DNA from: Octopus vulgaris
Taxonomy: Eukaryota
Length of the DNA: 64,000 nucleotides
Direction: 5' to 3'
Assembly: GCA_951406725.2 (NCBI GenBank)
Contig: OX597828.1
Span: 6,696,001 to 6,760,000 of the forward strand
The translations under genes were made by a program, and so were the position numbers. Positions 40,849-53,389 of this stretch are shown here, one piece after another. The stretch's first letter is position 1. Every line of letters starts with the position of its first letter. The notes under the pieces are model-generated. The model was not told where the DNA came from. It did no database searches and saw only the letters and a list, made by a program, of their open reading frames with translations.

Positions 40849-42255
40849 GTACGCACATATACGCATACATACTTTCATAAATATAGATACATATATATAC
40901 ATATATATATATACATATATACATACATATGTATACATATAGATAGCTAGATCGATGTATGTGTGTGGGTGTAATTAAGATTCAGCTGAATAAGGTACTT
41001 AAACTGAGGCCCCTTGTTAGGTCAATCTTATTTGTATGTATATATCGTTGCTATTATATTAAACTGTCGTATGTCCAAAGTTGGTCAAATGCGTTTTTTC
41101 TTTCAATATTTATTTTTGCTTGCAATAGCCGGTTCTTTTGGTCAAGCTATCTTACCACAAGCTGCTTCAGATGCCAAGATGTCAAAAAGTGTTGTACAAC
41201 GGTTTTTGGTATAAAATGGTGAAACTAGATTTTCCTTTTCTGAAAAACCAACGTTTTAGACTTACGACATTTTCACATAATAGCAACGATATATATATAT
41301 ATTTATGCATATGTGTGTGTGTGTGTGTGTGTGTAATTTTTGCACAAATCAGTATATGTCAATTAGAGTGTTGGGTAAGGCACATTAACACCATTTGTTC
41401 TCACTGTCCTGTTTCTTTTTACTGTTTTATTCTCACTGTCCTGTTCTTGTTGCCACTTTTACCCTCCGCAAAAAATCCCAAATTTCATTTAATTTGCTTT
41501 GCGGGAAGGACTGTTTCAATGAAGTCGCGTCTTGTCCTTGCCTTCAGAACGCGGAGTAACTGAAACAGGGACAACTGAAGAAGGGGAATATTCTTTATGT
41601 TGTATGTCTCATTTCTCTGGGGTTTTTTTTCGTTGTTCAAAAAATGTTCGTTTCTATGTTTTTGCTTTCATGTTTTCGTTTCTGATTGTGTTCAACGTTT
41701 TTTTGATGTCCTGTAACCATATATGCATGTATATATACATATATATGTAGGTATGTACATATATGTATGTACATATGAGTATATTTATATACTAATCATA
41801 TTATATGTATGTGTGTGTGTGTGTGTGTAGAATGCGAGCGAGTATGTGTGTCTGTTTTCGTATGTGATGTGATTATATATGTACCTATATATACATGTGT
41901 ACCTATATATATGAGTTTATGTATATATGTATATCCATATATGTATGTGTATGTATATATATATATATGTATATATGTGTGTGTGTGTATATATATGTAT
42001 ATGTATCTGTGTGTATATATGCACGAACATGAAACTACTTGCCTAAGTATTAATCTTCCTTTCTCCTACTTTCTTTTTCCTCTAAGCGGTGATGACAGCA
42101 AAAGCTAATTATGTCATTTTATCTAAACTGGAACACAGGGTTTCCACGTTCATATTTGAATTTTTTGCGTTTCTATAATATCATTTGTTTTTATTCATTC
42201 CCGAACTTTTATTCATTCCCGACACTAAAGATCTCTGGTGAGATTTCTTTATCAA

Positions 42256-42303
42256 TGAACCTTAAGAGACCCAGACTGATGGGTCGAAACATATGTTGTA
42301 CCT
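42256..42303 (+). ncRNA. Decayed minimal hammerhead ribozyme
   Basis: CUUAAGA (one core mismatch)-GACCC(AGACUGAU)GGGUC-GAAA-C(AUAU)G-UU-GUACC, immediately followed by AATAAA. Confidence 0.6.
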
Positions 42304-42346
42304 AATAAAAGTCTAATACGAAATTCATCCCCTTTTAATTAATACT

Positions 42347-42575
42347 TATTTCTTTATTATCCACAAGGGGCTAAACACAGAGGGGACAAACAAGGACACA
42401 CATAAGTATTAAGTCGATTACATCGACCCCAGTGCGTAACTTGTACTTAATTTATCGACCCCGAAAGGATGAAAGGCAAAGTCGACCTCGGCGTAATTTG
42501 AACTCAGAACGTAACGGCAGACGAAATACCGCTAAGCATTTCGCCCGGCGTGCTAACGTTTCTGCCAGCTCGCCA
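42347..42575 (-). mobile_element. SINE family B, full length, with 14-bp TSD
   Basis: TSD ttttaattaatact at 42333-42346 and 42579-42592. Confidence 0.92.
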
Positions 42576-42730
42576 GCATTTTAATTAATACTATCACCCA
42601 AACTACCACTGCGGAGTTCCAGAAGTAGATCCAACAAAAGTGTACCACAACTGCGGATGATAACAGGTAACCTAAACTGTATCGGTGCTCTGCTCAACAC
42701 TAATCGAATTATACTTATTTGTCCAAATTA

Positions 42731-42841
<111 letters not shown>

Positions 42842-42974
42842 TTGTTATTATTATATATATGTATATGTGTGTGTGTATAATAATAATATTAGGGAATATT
42901 ATTCCAAACTTACAGGGAAAAATTTAATTTAGTAATACTAAGTCAAATTTCACAATATATAATATATGTATACA

Positions 42975-43274
42975 AATTGGAGAAGAACCACCTTTTATCA
43001 ATTCAACAATGAAATAACAAAGATATAATTAAATTATACTATATAGACAAACAATTAAATATACGATAAAACATATACCAATAATTAAGTAAAGAACAAA
43101 TTAATAAATGAAAACTAATAAATAAAATACCAATTATATACTTTTCATTTATTAATTTGTACTTTACTTAATTATTGGTATATGTTTTATCGTATATTTA
43201 ATTTCTTTCTATATGGTATAATTTAATTATATCTTTGTTATTTCATTGTTGAATTGCTAAAGGTGGTTCTTCTC

Positions 43275-43279
<5 letters not shown>
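42975..43279. repeat. ~305-bp AT-rich fold-back palindrome
   Basis: aattggagaagaaccacctttt...aataaatgaaaa versus ttttcatttatt...aaaggtggttcttctctaatt, with a ~27-nt spacer. Confidence 0.9.
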
Positions 43280-43332
<53 letters not shown>

Positions 43333-43335
<3 letters not shown>

Positions 43336-43624
43336 AGGCGCAATGGCCCAGCGGTTAGGTCGTAGATTCGCGGTTTCGATTCCCAGACCGGGCGTTGTGA
43401 GTGTTTATTGAGCGAAAACACCTAAAGCTCCACGATGCTCCGGCAGGGGTTGGTGGCGGTCCCTGCTGTACTCTTTCGCCGCAACTTTCTCTCACTCTTT
43501 CTTCTGTTGGTCTGCTCGCTTAGCTAGCGGGGTGACGTCATTTGAAGGCTGAAACAATGCGAAGCGCATTGTGACCAGCGAGGTGTAGCAACATCTGATA
43601 GCCTGGTCGGTCACGCTGATCACA

Positions 43625-43628
<4 letters not shown>
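43333..43628 (+). mobile_element. SINE family C
   Basis: ggaggcgcaatggcccagcggttagg...ggtttcgattcccagaccgggcg. Inserted in (TA)n. Confidence 0.85.
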
Positions 43629-43673
<45 letters not shown>

Positions 43674-43899
43674 CAGACGTAAACTATTCGGTATGGGCGC
43701 AGGAACTGCCAAATAACTTGATAATGCGTACACCTCATACTCAGTGAGTGTCCTCTCTCACTGCATACCAACAAAGTCTCAGTGTCAACGATGTATAGAT
43801 TTACAGTGACTTTTCGGTGACTGATATCGCAAACAGCCAGCAGTTTTATTTTAAAATAAACATTAGCGATCGAAGCAGTATTAATACCAATATATATAA

Positions 43900-44092
<193 letters not shown>

Positions 44093-44845
44093 TGCACACA
44101 CACATATGTATGTGGATGCGTATCCGCGTGCGTGTGTATGTATATATGTGTGTATTCAATTAAGAAACATCACAAGAAATATATTTTGAATATTTCCATT
44201 GGGAGTTCCACACTGTTGTTCTTTAGCAATGATTGATGTTTGGAAAGAATTGAAAATCTAAGAGGGTTTTAGCCGTTTTCATACCACCGCCACCACCGCC
44301 GCCAAAATATTTAAATGTATGAAACAGAATTGTCTCAATTATTTTTTTTAATATTCTTTTACTGGTTTTAGCAATTGAGTTGTGGCCATTCTGTAGCATC
44401 TTATAGACTGGTTTAGTCAGGTACATCAAACCACAATTTTTTTTCCCGACTACTACTTAGTTTCTTTGAACTTGGAATTTTTAAACGACGCTGAACCTGC
44501 GAGCAAATTCAACTGAGAATATAAAGAAATACAAGCAAATAGCTTTGTCTGATTCACAATCAATCTGATGTCTGTCCCCACCCCGTGTGTTTTGTGTATA
44601 TTTGCCCCACGTTTTTTCGACAGAAAGTGCATAATCTTCAGACAGTCAAGGTTTTCGCTCCAAATTAAAATCTTGAAAATACCGGACTTGTTCGTCTTTA
44701 AAAGCAAAACAGATGATGTCAAGTTTGTTGGCAGGGTCTTTAGAATATCGGCAAAAATACGTGCGCTATTTATTCTTGTTCGTATGTTCTGGGTTCAATT
44801 TCCATCATTGTCAACTTAAGCTTATATCAATAAATGAAATACTTA

Positions 44846-45214
44846 GGCGTAGGAGTGGCTGTGTGGTAAGAAGCTTGCTTACGAACCACATGGTTCCGGC
44901 TTCAATCCCACTGAGTGGATTTGGTAGACGGAAACTGAAAGAAGCCCATCGTAAATATATATATATATATATGAATATGTGTGTGTGTATGTGTGTGAGT
45001 GTGTGTGCATGTATGTTTGTGTGTCTGTGTTTGTCCCCTCAACATCGTTTGACAACCGATGCTGGTGTGTTTACGTTCCCGTAACTTAGCGGTTCTACGA
45101 AAGAGACCGATAGAATAAGTACTAGGCTTACAATGGGGGTCCATTTGCTCGACGGAAGGCGGTGCTCAAGCATGGTCGCAGTCAAGTGACTGAAACAAGT
45201 AAAAGAGTAAAAGA
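44846..45214 (+). mobile_element. SINE family A with internal deletions
   Basis: ggcgtaggagtggctgtgtggtaag ... ggcggtgctcaagcatggtcgcagtcaagtgactgaaacaagtaaaagag. Confidence 0.88.
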
Positions 45215-45225
45215 TATGTTTAGAG

Positions 45226-45472
45226 CAGTGTTTCTTAGCCATTTTTGCCTATGGACCCCTTTGTTTACCGTTTTATTCCTCTGGGCCGTCATTCGATGCT
45301 TTAGAAAGATCTGCTGCATTTTTACAATTAAATATTATGAGGAATTGCATAAAAATATGTTAAAATATTTTGCATTTTGTAAAAGTATAACCAATTTATA
45401 ACAACAAAATATTATGTAAACTCCCAAGCTTCATATGGACCTCTGATCAAGGGGTCCGTATGGGAACCACTG
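45226..45472. mobile_element. hAT (Charlie-like) MITE
   Basis: TIRs cagtgtttct / gggaaccactg, with imperfect 8-bp TSD gtttagag / atcaagag. Confidence 0.7.
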
Positions 45473-45504
45473 ATCAAGAGCGCTGAACTAGCGGGTTATA
45501 TTGC

Positions 45505-45697
45505 TTTCACATTTTGGGAAATAGAGAAAGCCGTTTATATCAAACTCAGTACTTAACAGGTACTTATTTTATTGTCCCCAAAAGTATGAAAAGCAAAGTC
45601 GATCTCGACGGAATTTAAATTCAAAATTTAAAGACAGACGAAATGCCGCTAAGCATTTTTCCCGGCGCGGTAACGATTTTACCAGCTCACCACCTTA
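45505..45697 (-). mobile_element. SINE family B
   Basis: gcaaagtcgatctcgacggaattt...gacgaaatgccgctaagcatt...ccagctc. Confidence 0.75.
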
Positions 45698-46456
45698 AAC
45701 TAGTGGGATATGTCTAGAATGACTCATGGAAACTGTTCCGGCTCTTTGTATTCAGAATTCAAATCCCACCGTGTTTAGTTGAGCGTTAGACTTCATATAA
45801 CTCAAGGATTAACACTGGTACCCAATTCTTGCATGTCTTTCAGAGGGTCCACTTTGTTGCAAGTGTTCGGACCAGATCGTTAGAGTATATTTTATTCCTT
45901 CCCTCCCATCTGTATCAGTGGCCCTAAATACGGTTATGAACACTAACTTGACTCGTGACAAAACGATAAAATACAATTGCTAGACAGAAAATTGATCTAA
46001 TAAATAGATGTCTTTCGTGACACCCATTGGTAGATTTAGATGAGGTCTTCTAAGTTTCAGCGAAATGGTATCCAGATTGTCATTGCTTTACCATCTGGTA
46101 TCTAGATTGTAAAGTTATCGTTAATAGCAAGAATTATACGAAATTGTATTTATCTTTATAATTGTTAAGTAATTAACGAATTTTTAGAATTAATGCATTG
46201 GTTTTTATATTGTATATGGACAAATTTGTCATTACTATCAACATGTATTACAATTCAAATAAAGACTACTATATATAGACAATTATAATTCTGATCATAT
46301 TAGTGTCTGTCTCATCAGGACCATTAGCGCAATATTTTTATGTATTTATTGTTATTGCATATGTCGCCATATTTCTCTTTATACCCATCGCTCTTTCCCT
46401 TCACACATACATGCATGCATATGTGTGTACGCATGTATGTACTTATATGTATATAT

Positions 46457-46514
<58 letters not shown>

Positions 46515-46635
46515 GTGTATATATGTATGTATTACACATATATGCATATATGCATATATGGATGAATGTAAAAATATATGTATATGTGTATATATGTATG
46601 TTTGTATCTATGTACATATGTAAATACGTATATGC

Positions 46636-46704
<69 letters not shown>

Positions 46705-47071
46705 CAGATAGATACAAGAAGTCGCCAGTAGCATATATTATTCTATCACGTGTAGGGGAAGACAAAATGAAATATACACTGTGGTCTAGAAAATTCAGGC
46801 CATAAGATATTTTCAAATATCTGCGTGCGTCTATTTGTTGAATCCATGATAGTGTATTACTAGCGTGTTACACATATATATTTTTATCTTCCTTTTAATG
46901 TATAAATAATCTCCGGATGCTGTAGATTTGAACTCAATAATTCGAGGAGCGAAAATGTTTACTGTAAAGCATTTATCCGCCATTCCAGTAGAGAGTTTAA
47001 GTGTCTGACACAATGCATAATAATATTTGATCAAGTTCTCGACATTCTGAGCCCAAACTCCATTAGCTTAC

Positions 47072-47370
47072 TTTGTTCCTTCTCGAGCCACGCCTGGCTC
47101 ATAAGAACCGGTTTCCCGGTTTCCTTGGCGTAAAGGTCCCCACCTGGACGGGACGCCGGTCCGTCGCAGGTGAGCTCGAAGATGCAGGAGGAAAGAGTGA
47201 GAGAAAGTTGTGGCGAAAGAATCAGCAGAGGTTTGCCATTACCTTCTACCGGTGCCGCGTGGCGCTTAGGTGTTTCGCTCATAAACACACAAATCGCTCG
47301 GTTTGAGATTCGAACCCGCGATTTCTCGACCGCGAGTCGGCTGCTCTAACCACTAAGCCATGTGCCTCCA
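47072..47370 (-). mobile_element. SINE family C (tRNA-Arg-like head)
   Basis: Reverse complement of the 52407-52710 copy. Head ggaggcacatggcttagtggttagagcagccgactcgcggtcg. Confidence 0.9.
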
Positions 47371-47658
47371 CTAAACTCCATTGATAACAGCCATGTTATT
47401 AATGGTAATATTATTCCAAACACTGACTTAGTGGGATTGTCAGAACATCTCACGAGATAGCTTGCGATATCTGTTGCGGTATTTCGTGTTCTGACTTCAA
47501 ATTCTGCATAGGTATCAACAGCCAGGGTCAAATCACCCATCTAGTGGTGTACCCCGTCCAGCTTTCAATTGATCGGCTTGAATAAATTGGCCAGCATCCA
47601 GTATAGATGAATACGCAAAGGGATGATGTTTTCATTCATAAGTTCGTCGGCAACAGCA

Positions 47659-47695
47659 GAATAGTGATGAAACCGGAAATGAAACTAGTCTACTC
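47659..47695 (+). ncRNA. Decayed ultra-minimal hammerhead candidate
   Basis: GAAUA-GUGAUGA-A(ACCGGAAA)U-GAAA-C(UA)G-UC-UACUC. Palindromic ACUAGU, GUC triplet, C3 mutated, weak stem II. Confidence 0.45.
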
Positions 47696-48132
47696 TTTCT
47701 AATTGCTGACGAAGCAGCCTCAGCGGTTCACAGTGCATAATATGAAGTATTGGACAATATTCAAATTTGTTTCCTACGGTACACATCTAAGATCAACTTT
47801 TTCTTTCTGTCTTTCTCTCTATCGGTTATATTTGTTCAAAATTTTCCTACCTTTAACTGCGGAAAGTGATCCGACACCACCTTTTGGAAAATCTCTCCTG
47901 TGGAGACAACCCCAGTGACACTTTTTACAAAAAGACAATTTTTCAAATGTTCTTCCTTTTTTTAAAATTCACATTTTTCATCATATATCTCCCTATAGAG
48001 CGAGAATTAAATACTTTCAGCGATGGATACGAAAACTTAGATACCTATAGCCAGGTCAAGAGATAAGGAAAAACTATTATAGGAATAAGCAATGAAATTT
48101 AATTACGCAATCAAAGAGTTAAATTTTGTTTA

Positions 48133-48357
48133 AACGAGGAGTGCTGGAAAGTACCTGGCTTTGAGCAAAAGCAAATAGAGGTGAGGCGGGGCCAGTTAAT
48201 TAGGATTATATTCAATCTATTCCCCTCTCTGATTTACACACTTATTGCAGTTGTCCTTTTGTTTTTCTAATTCCTGTAAAAGAATTCGGAAGGTTGGTGT
48301 CCAACCATGTCTTTCGTGATACTCTTAAAGCCAGGAACTTTTCAGTACACCCTCGTA
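48133..48357 (-). mobile_element. Mariner-derived MITE
   Basis: TIRs acgaggagtgctggaaagtacctggcttt / aaagccaggaacttttcagtacaccctcgta. Internal NKCVNQRGE*IE resembles a mariner transposase C-terminus. Confidence 0.8.
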
Positions 48358-48724
48358 AGCATCGGTAAATAATCTTGAAGGCGGGCCAAATACAATATCT
48401 AAAATGAATTAGATAAGACAGTCCATTACATTTTCTTCTTTTTACTTCATATTTAAACTCATTCGCCTTACCTAACTGCGTAATTTGTATTTAAAAAGCA
48501 ACGCGTGGTAAATTGAATAGAGTGGGGGAGAATTTGGTAAGGAGGAGAGAGGGGGAGAATTTAGTAAAGGAGGGGATAAGCGCAGTTAAACACTGACGCC
48601 AATACAGTCAGTTGAATAAATTGAATAACGCTATTTGACTCTTACCTATTTATTCCGCACGAAATTCAAATTCCACTGACAATAATATTTGCTTCTATAG
48701 TTATTAAATTAAATTTTAGATATT

Positions 48725-48902
48725 GGTTTTAAAATTTTGCACAAGGCCAGCAATTTCGGTGAGTGGGGTATGTCAATTACGTCAACTCCAGTATCCAGCT
48801 GGCAGTTATGTTAACGACTCGACAGAAGTTGAACTCAGAACGTAAAGACGAACGAAATGCCGCTGAGCGCTTTTGCCTAGCGTGCTAACAACTCTGCCAG
48901 CT
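48725..48902 (-). mobile_element. SINE family B
   Basis: gcacaaggccagcaatttcgg...gaactcagaacgtaaagacgaacgaaatgccgct...ctgccagct. Confidence 0.8.
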
Positions 48903-49093
48903 TTCTCAGATATTGACTGCAGTTATATCATTTACGCTTATGACTTAGAAATAGACAACAACGTATTGAGCCACAAACATTTCAGAGAGCACTCTTAAGA
49001 TACATCAGTACACAAACGTAGAACAAAGATAGTACGCGCTCGATCAGATAACACTTACATAAATTATCTGCAGGCTACAGGCAATATGTCTAC

Positions 49094-49300
49094 CGAGCTG
49101 GCAGAAACGTTAGCACGCCGGGCGAAATGCATAGCCGTATTTCGTCTGTCGTTACGTTCTGAGTTCAAATTCCGCCGAGGTCGACTTTGCCTTTTATCCT
49201 TTTGGGGTCGATAAATTAAGTACCAGTTACGCACTGGAGTCGATGTAATCCCCTTGTTTGTCCCCTCTGTGTTTAGCCCCTTGTGGGTAGTAAAGAAATA
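49094..49300 (+). mobile_element. SINE family B, young
   Basis: cgagctggcagaaacgttagcacgccgggcgaaatgc...ttgtgggtagtaaagaaata. Confidence 0.9.
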
Positions 49301-50404
49301 TATTTTCTAGCATTAGGTGTTCCATCTCCAAATAATTACAATAAAATATCACTCAATACATGGCTTCATATTTCAGAAAATTTTTTTCTTGGTTACTTTT
49401 ATCTTTTTTTTACTCTTGCTTATTTGGATGTGGAATGGCTTCATTCATAACTCTTCGTGGTTGGCCTTCGAGAATAACGGTGATAAAGAATAGAAGGAAC
49501 CACAACTAATTGGTTATTGAAGTCAAAAGAAGTATACCATCGGGGTTCCAGGTTAATCCCAGAGTGGAAATCTGGTTAGAAAACTTGTGTATAGTGTGGA
49601 CTTTCCTGAAGGTACCCATGGACAATGTAACGGTCTTAAACCAGGAGAAAGCTTGAAACTACTCCACCCAAAACAAGTAGCGATCGTCCAAGAGCTTGAC
49701 GCAGTTTCCTTCAAGCCAATTTCACAAATGAGACTTTCATCCAAGGATATAGTATGCTAGAAGAAAGACGATTATGAAGCAAAACTTCTTAACTGTTAAG
49801 AATAATATATATATCAAGTACAGCAACATTTTTAATAAATAATATGAAGTAGGCTGTTGAGAAACGTCTGAAAGCACTTTTACTGCTCTTCACTATCACA
49901 ACTAACTCTCTATCTTCATAACTATCTCTCTTCTATATTTTTCAAACTTCCGGTTACTTCTTTTATATTTTTATTTTATTTTATTGCTATATTTTTTCTC
50001 CTTTCTCAGTATTTTTTTTCATCTACTTATTTTAGATATTGCCTTATTTATGTATATTTAATGTTATTTTATGTTTTAAATTTCAAAATATAGATTTAGA
50101 GATTACGAACGTTTCATTTTGTTTGTGTGTTTACTTGTTGTTTAGTTCTTTTCTTTCTTGTCTTTGTTGTTGCTTTATTTTTTGTTGTCTTTTCGTTCCT
50201 GGTAAGATTTTAATCATTTGTTCTTAGCATTGAACACGGTTAAATAATTCATAACAAACAAATACTGTATGTATTGATGTTATAAATATGTGTGCGACTA
50301 AGAATGTGGATGTGGCTCTATGCACACTCACATTTTTATATATCTAAATAATATTATACGGCAAGATAGAGAAGGAGAGACAGGCAGCTGTAAATTCACA
50401 TGTA

Positions 50405-50456
<52 letters not shown>

Positions 50457-50464
50457 CATATGTG

Positions 50465-50512
<48 letters not shown>

Positions 50513-50919
50513 TGCATATATGAGCGTGTGTGTATACGTACCTGAGGGTGTATATGTGTGTTTGTGTGTGTGTGTGAGCATGAGTGTGTGCGCGTGTGTG
50601 TAGTCTACGTAACTAGTCGGAGAAGATGGTAAGTAAAATGTAAAAAAGAGTAAAGTGAAAGAGGTGAGAAAGATAGTCAGAAGCAAAGAATGATTAAACG
50701 GAGTAGAAAGAGAAGAGAAAAGGGTAAGAATTACGAGTAAATGAAAGATAAACGGAAAGGTGCCTGGAAGAGAGATAAAGAAAAAGAGAGAGAGAGAGAA
50801 GGATGAGAGTTTTTGTGTGTGAGAGGGAGAGAAAGAGAGCGTGTGTGCGTGAGAGGGAGATGATAAACAACTTGAGCGATATTTTAGCCAATAAGAAAGC
50901 CAAAACAATTATCTCTTGA

Positions 50920-51208
50920 AAGCTTGCTTGCTTTGCTTCATGCACTGGCTTGATGAGGCTGAAGCTGTCCCAAGTTCGTAGTGCCAAAGAGGTCATCATG
51001 TGTAGAGTCGACTAGGTCCATCAGGGCTCTCCATCGCTAGCAGTCCCGTGCCGTTCCTTTTGCATCCCACAAGGTGACGTTGAGCTTCTGGAGATCTTTC
51101 CCAATCAAGTCCGGCTATCTGGTGCGTGGCCTGCCACGAGATTTCTCCCAGCCCGCAGCTACTGCTTTGAATGAGAGTAAAGCTCTGGTAAGATGATCTC
51201 TGGAAGGG
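50920..51208 (-). mobile_element. RTE-type LINE 3' end
   Basis: HLTRALL...GWEKSRGRPRTR*PDLIGKDL...RWRAL, then a short (CAAG)n tail. Confidence 0.7.
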
Positions 51209-51235
51209 GCAAAGTTATTAATTTGTTTACACCAT

Positions 51236-51386
51236 TTACATTTGACGGATATATGTCCTCATCTTGTCTGTTGTTAACGCAACGTTTCGACTGATTTACA
51301 CCCTCCAGCTTCATCAGGTGTCTTGGGGAAATTTCGAACCTAGGTTCTCATTCCTAAGGTATATTTCGATGTTGTTATTATCATCA

Positions 51387-51476
<90 letters not shown>

Positions 51477-51612
51477 CCACTACCTGGAACTCGGAATCTT
51501 GGGGCTAGTAGCTCGTGCTCTTAACCGCTACGCAATAACAAACAAGATGCGGTCAAATATCCGTCAAACGTAAATAATGTGCATAATTCCTCATCTCCTA
51601 AATATAGAACTG
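51236..51612 (-). mobile_element. Composite element: tRNA-like head, (AAT)n, hammerhead and tail, preceded by an inverted tail copy
   Basis: Head gcgtagcggttaagagc...gagttcca (51533-51472), HHR at 51322-51276, tail 51275-51236 inverted at 51534-51574. Confidence 0.75.
51276..51322 (-). ncRNA. Minimal type I hammerhead ribozyme
   Basis: GACAC-CUGAUGA-AGCUGG(AGGGUGUAAA)UCAGUC-GAAA-CG-UU-GCGUU. The palindrome AACGUU implies a dimeric stem III. Confidence 0.7.
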
Positions 51613-52406
51613 TATTATTAATTTGTATTGTGAATTTTGTTCTTGTCATCGGCAAGTGAGTTATGAGATGGAATAGATGAAGTATTTGTTTAAATTACAA
51701 GATGAACCCAATGGCTAAACTTCTTCAGTAAAACGGCTTAAACACATTCCTTGAAATGTGAAGCAATTAAATCGATAGTTTCAATTCTATGACTCTTTCA
51801 TCGCGAAATATGTACTGATATGTATGTAAAGAGAAGGGAATCTGTTTGAGGACATTTTGATGGAAAGGTCAGGCATCGCCTACTTCCAAAATATCAATCT
51901 GTTGCTAGGATATTTTATGAGGAGAATTGTGGATCAGTTACCATGAAGCAGAGATTCATTGATAAGCAGTGACAAATCTAAGATATATTTCAATATTTAT
52001 TGAAGCATCATTTGTGGTCATTAGTTGCAACCACTCGACTTTCTGGGCAATGTTATGCGGAGCACAATTAAACATTATGTCAAGCAGCCTGCTAACACTT
52101 GAAATTAAACTAGATAGTTACAGCATATCGGATAATGATGAAGCCTATCGATGTTTTGGTGGAGCATTCACTTTGATACTCTAAAGGGAATTAATCAAAC
52201 TTCTCTACGTGTTCTGTGAACCTCTCAGAAATAGCAACTAAATCTTCCTCGTATCACACCCTACCATCTTCAAAAGAAAAGAGAGGATAGGTTGTATAGC
52301 GACCCTAGATGCACTGCTGCTGGAAACTAAAGTTAAAATAGTCCCGATTAGAATGTCTTAAATCAGAAGTCTATTACTTCGTGTGTTGCTTGCATCTACA
52401 CAAAAG

Positions 52407-52710
52407 TGGAGGCACATGGCCTAGTGGTTAGAGCAGCGGACTCGCAGTCGAGAGATCGCAGGTTCGAATCTCAGACCGGGCGATGTGTGTGTTTATGAGC
52501 AAAATACCTAAGCTCCACGCGGCTCCGGCATAAGGTAATGGCGAACCCTGCTGACTCTTTCGCCACAACTTTCTCTCACACTTTCCTCCTGCATCTTGCA
52601 GCTCACCTGCGACGGACCGGCATCCCGTTCATGTGGGGGAACCTATACGCCAATGAAACCGGGAAATCGGTTCTTATGAGCCAGGCATGGCTCGAGAATG
52701 AACAAACAAA
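52407..52710 (+). mobile_element. SINE family C (tRNA-Arg-like head)
   Basis: A box tggcctagtgg, B box ggttcgaatc. Confidence 0.9.
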
Positions 52711-52983
52711 AAAAATCTACACAAAAGCAACAGAAATTTTAATATGGAATCGTAAATATTTGTCATTGACTGGTACAGAAATATACAGAACGTTCTCGGA
52801 GTATTTCCGGACCTTCTATTTAGGACAATAAAACAATATGAAATATAATCAAAGAAGAGTAATTCTCGTTGCTTTTGCTATCCTGATAGTAGTGATGGAC
52901 GAGCGGTGAGGGTGATGTGGTTTCTGTTCCACGTTTATCATGGCCAACAAGATTTGTGATCAGAAAGACACACATCATAGCCA

Positions 52984-53200
52984 TACTCTTTTACTCTTTT
53001 ACTTGTTTCAGTCATTTGATTGTGGCCATGGTGGAGCACCGCCTTTAGTTGATCAAATCGACACCAGGACTTATTCTTTGTATGCCTAGTACCTATTCTA
53101 TCGGTCTCTTTTGCCGAACCGCTAAGTTACGGGGACGTAAACACACCTGCATCGGTTGTCAAGCGACGTTGGAGGGACAAACACAAGCACATAAACACAC

Positions 53201-53232
<32 letters not shown>

Positions 53233-53389
53233 GACCAGCTTCTTCCAGTTTCCATTTACCAAATCCACTTACAAGGCTTTGGTCGGCCCGAGGCTATAGT
53301 AGAAGACACTTGCCCAATATGCCACGCAGTGGGAATGAACCCAGAACCATGTGGTTGGTAAGCAAGCTACTTACCACACAGCCACTCCC
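52984..53389 (-). mobile_element. SINE family A
   Basis: Full-length match to 27494-27924. Confidence 0.9.

Noticed and set aside
41568-41610. CUGAAGA followed by a short hairpin
   Set aside because: No GAAA or stem III follows.
46035-46080. UAGAUGA...CGAAAUGGUAUC hammerhead-like string
   Set aside because: Stems I and II do not pair.
50604-50634. ATG|GTAAGT donor-like site
   Set aside because: The upstream acceptor lies in a (TG)n tract without a pyrimidine run, so chance is likely.
52407-52480. Possible tRNA-Arg gene (also 24068, 43333, 47300)
   Set aside because: Continues into a SINE body, lacks a proper acceptor stem, and occurs as multiple diverged copies.
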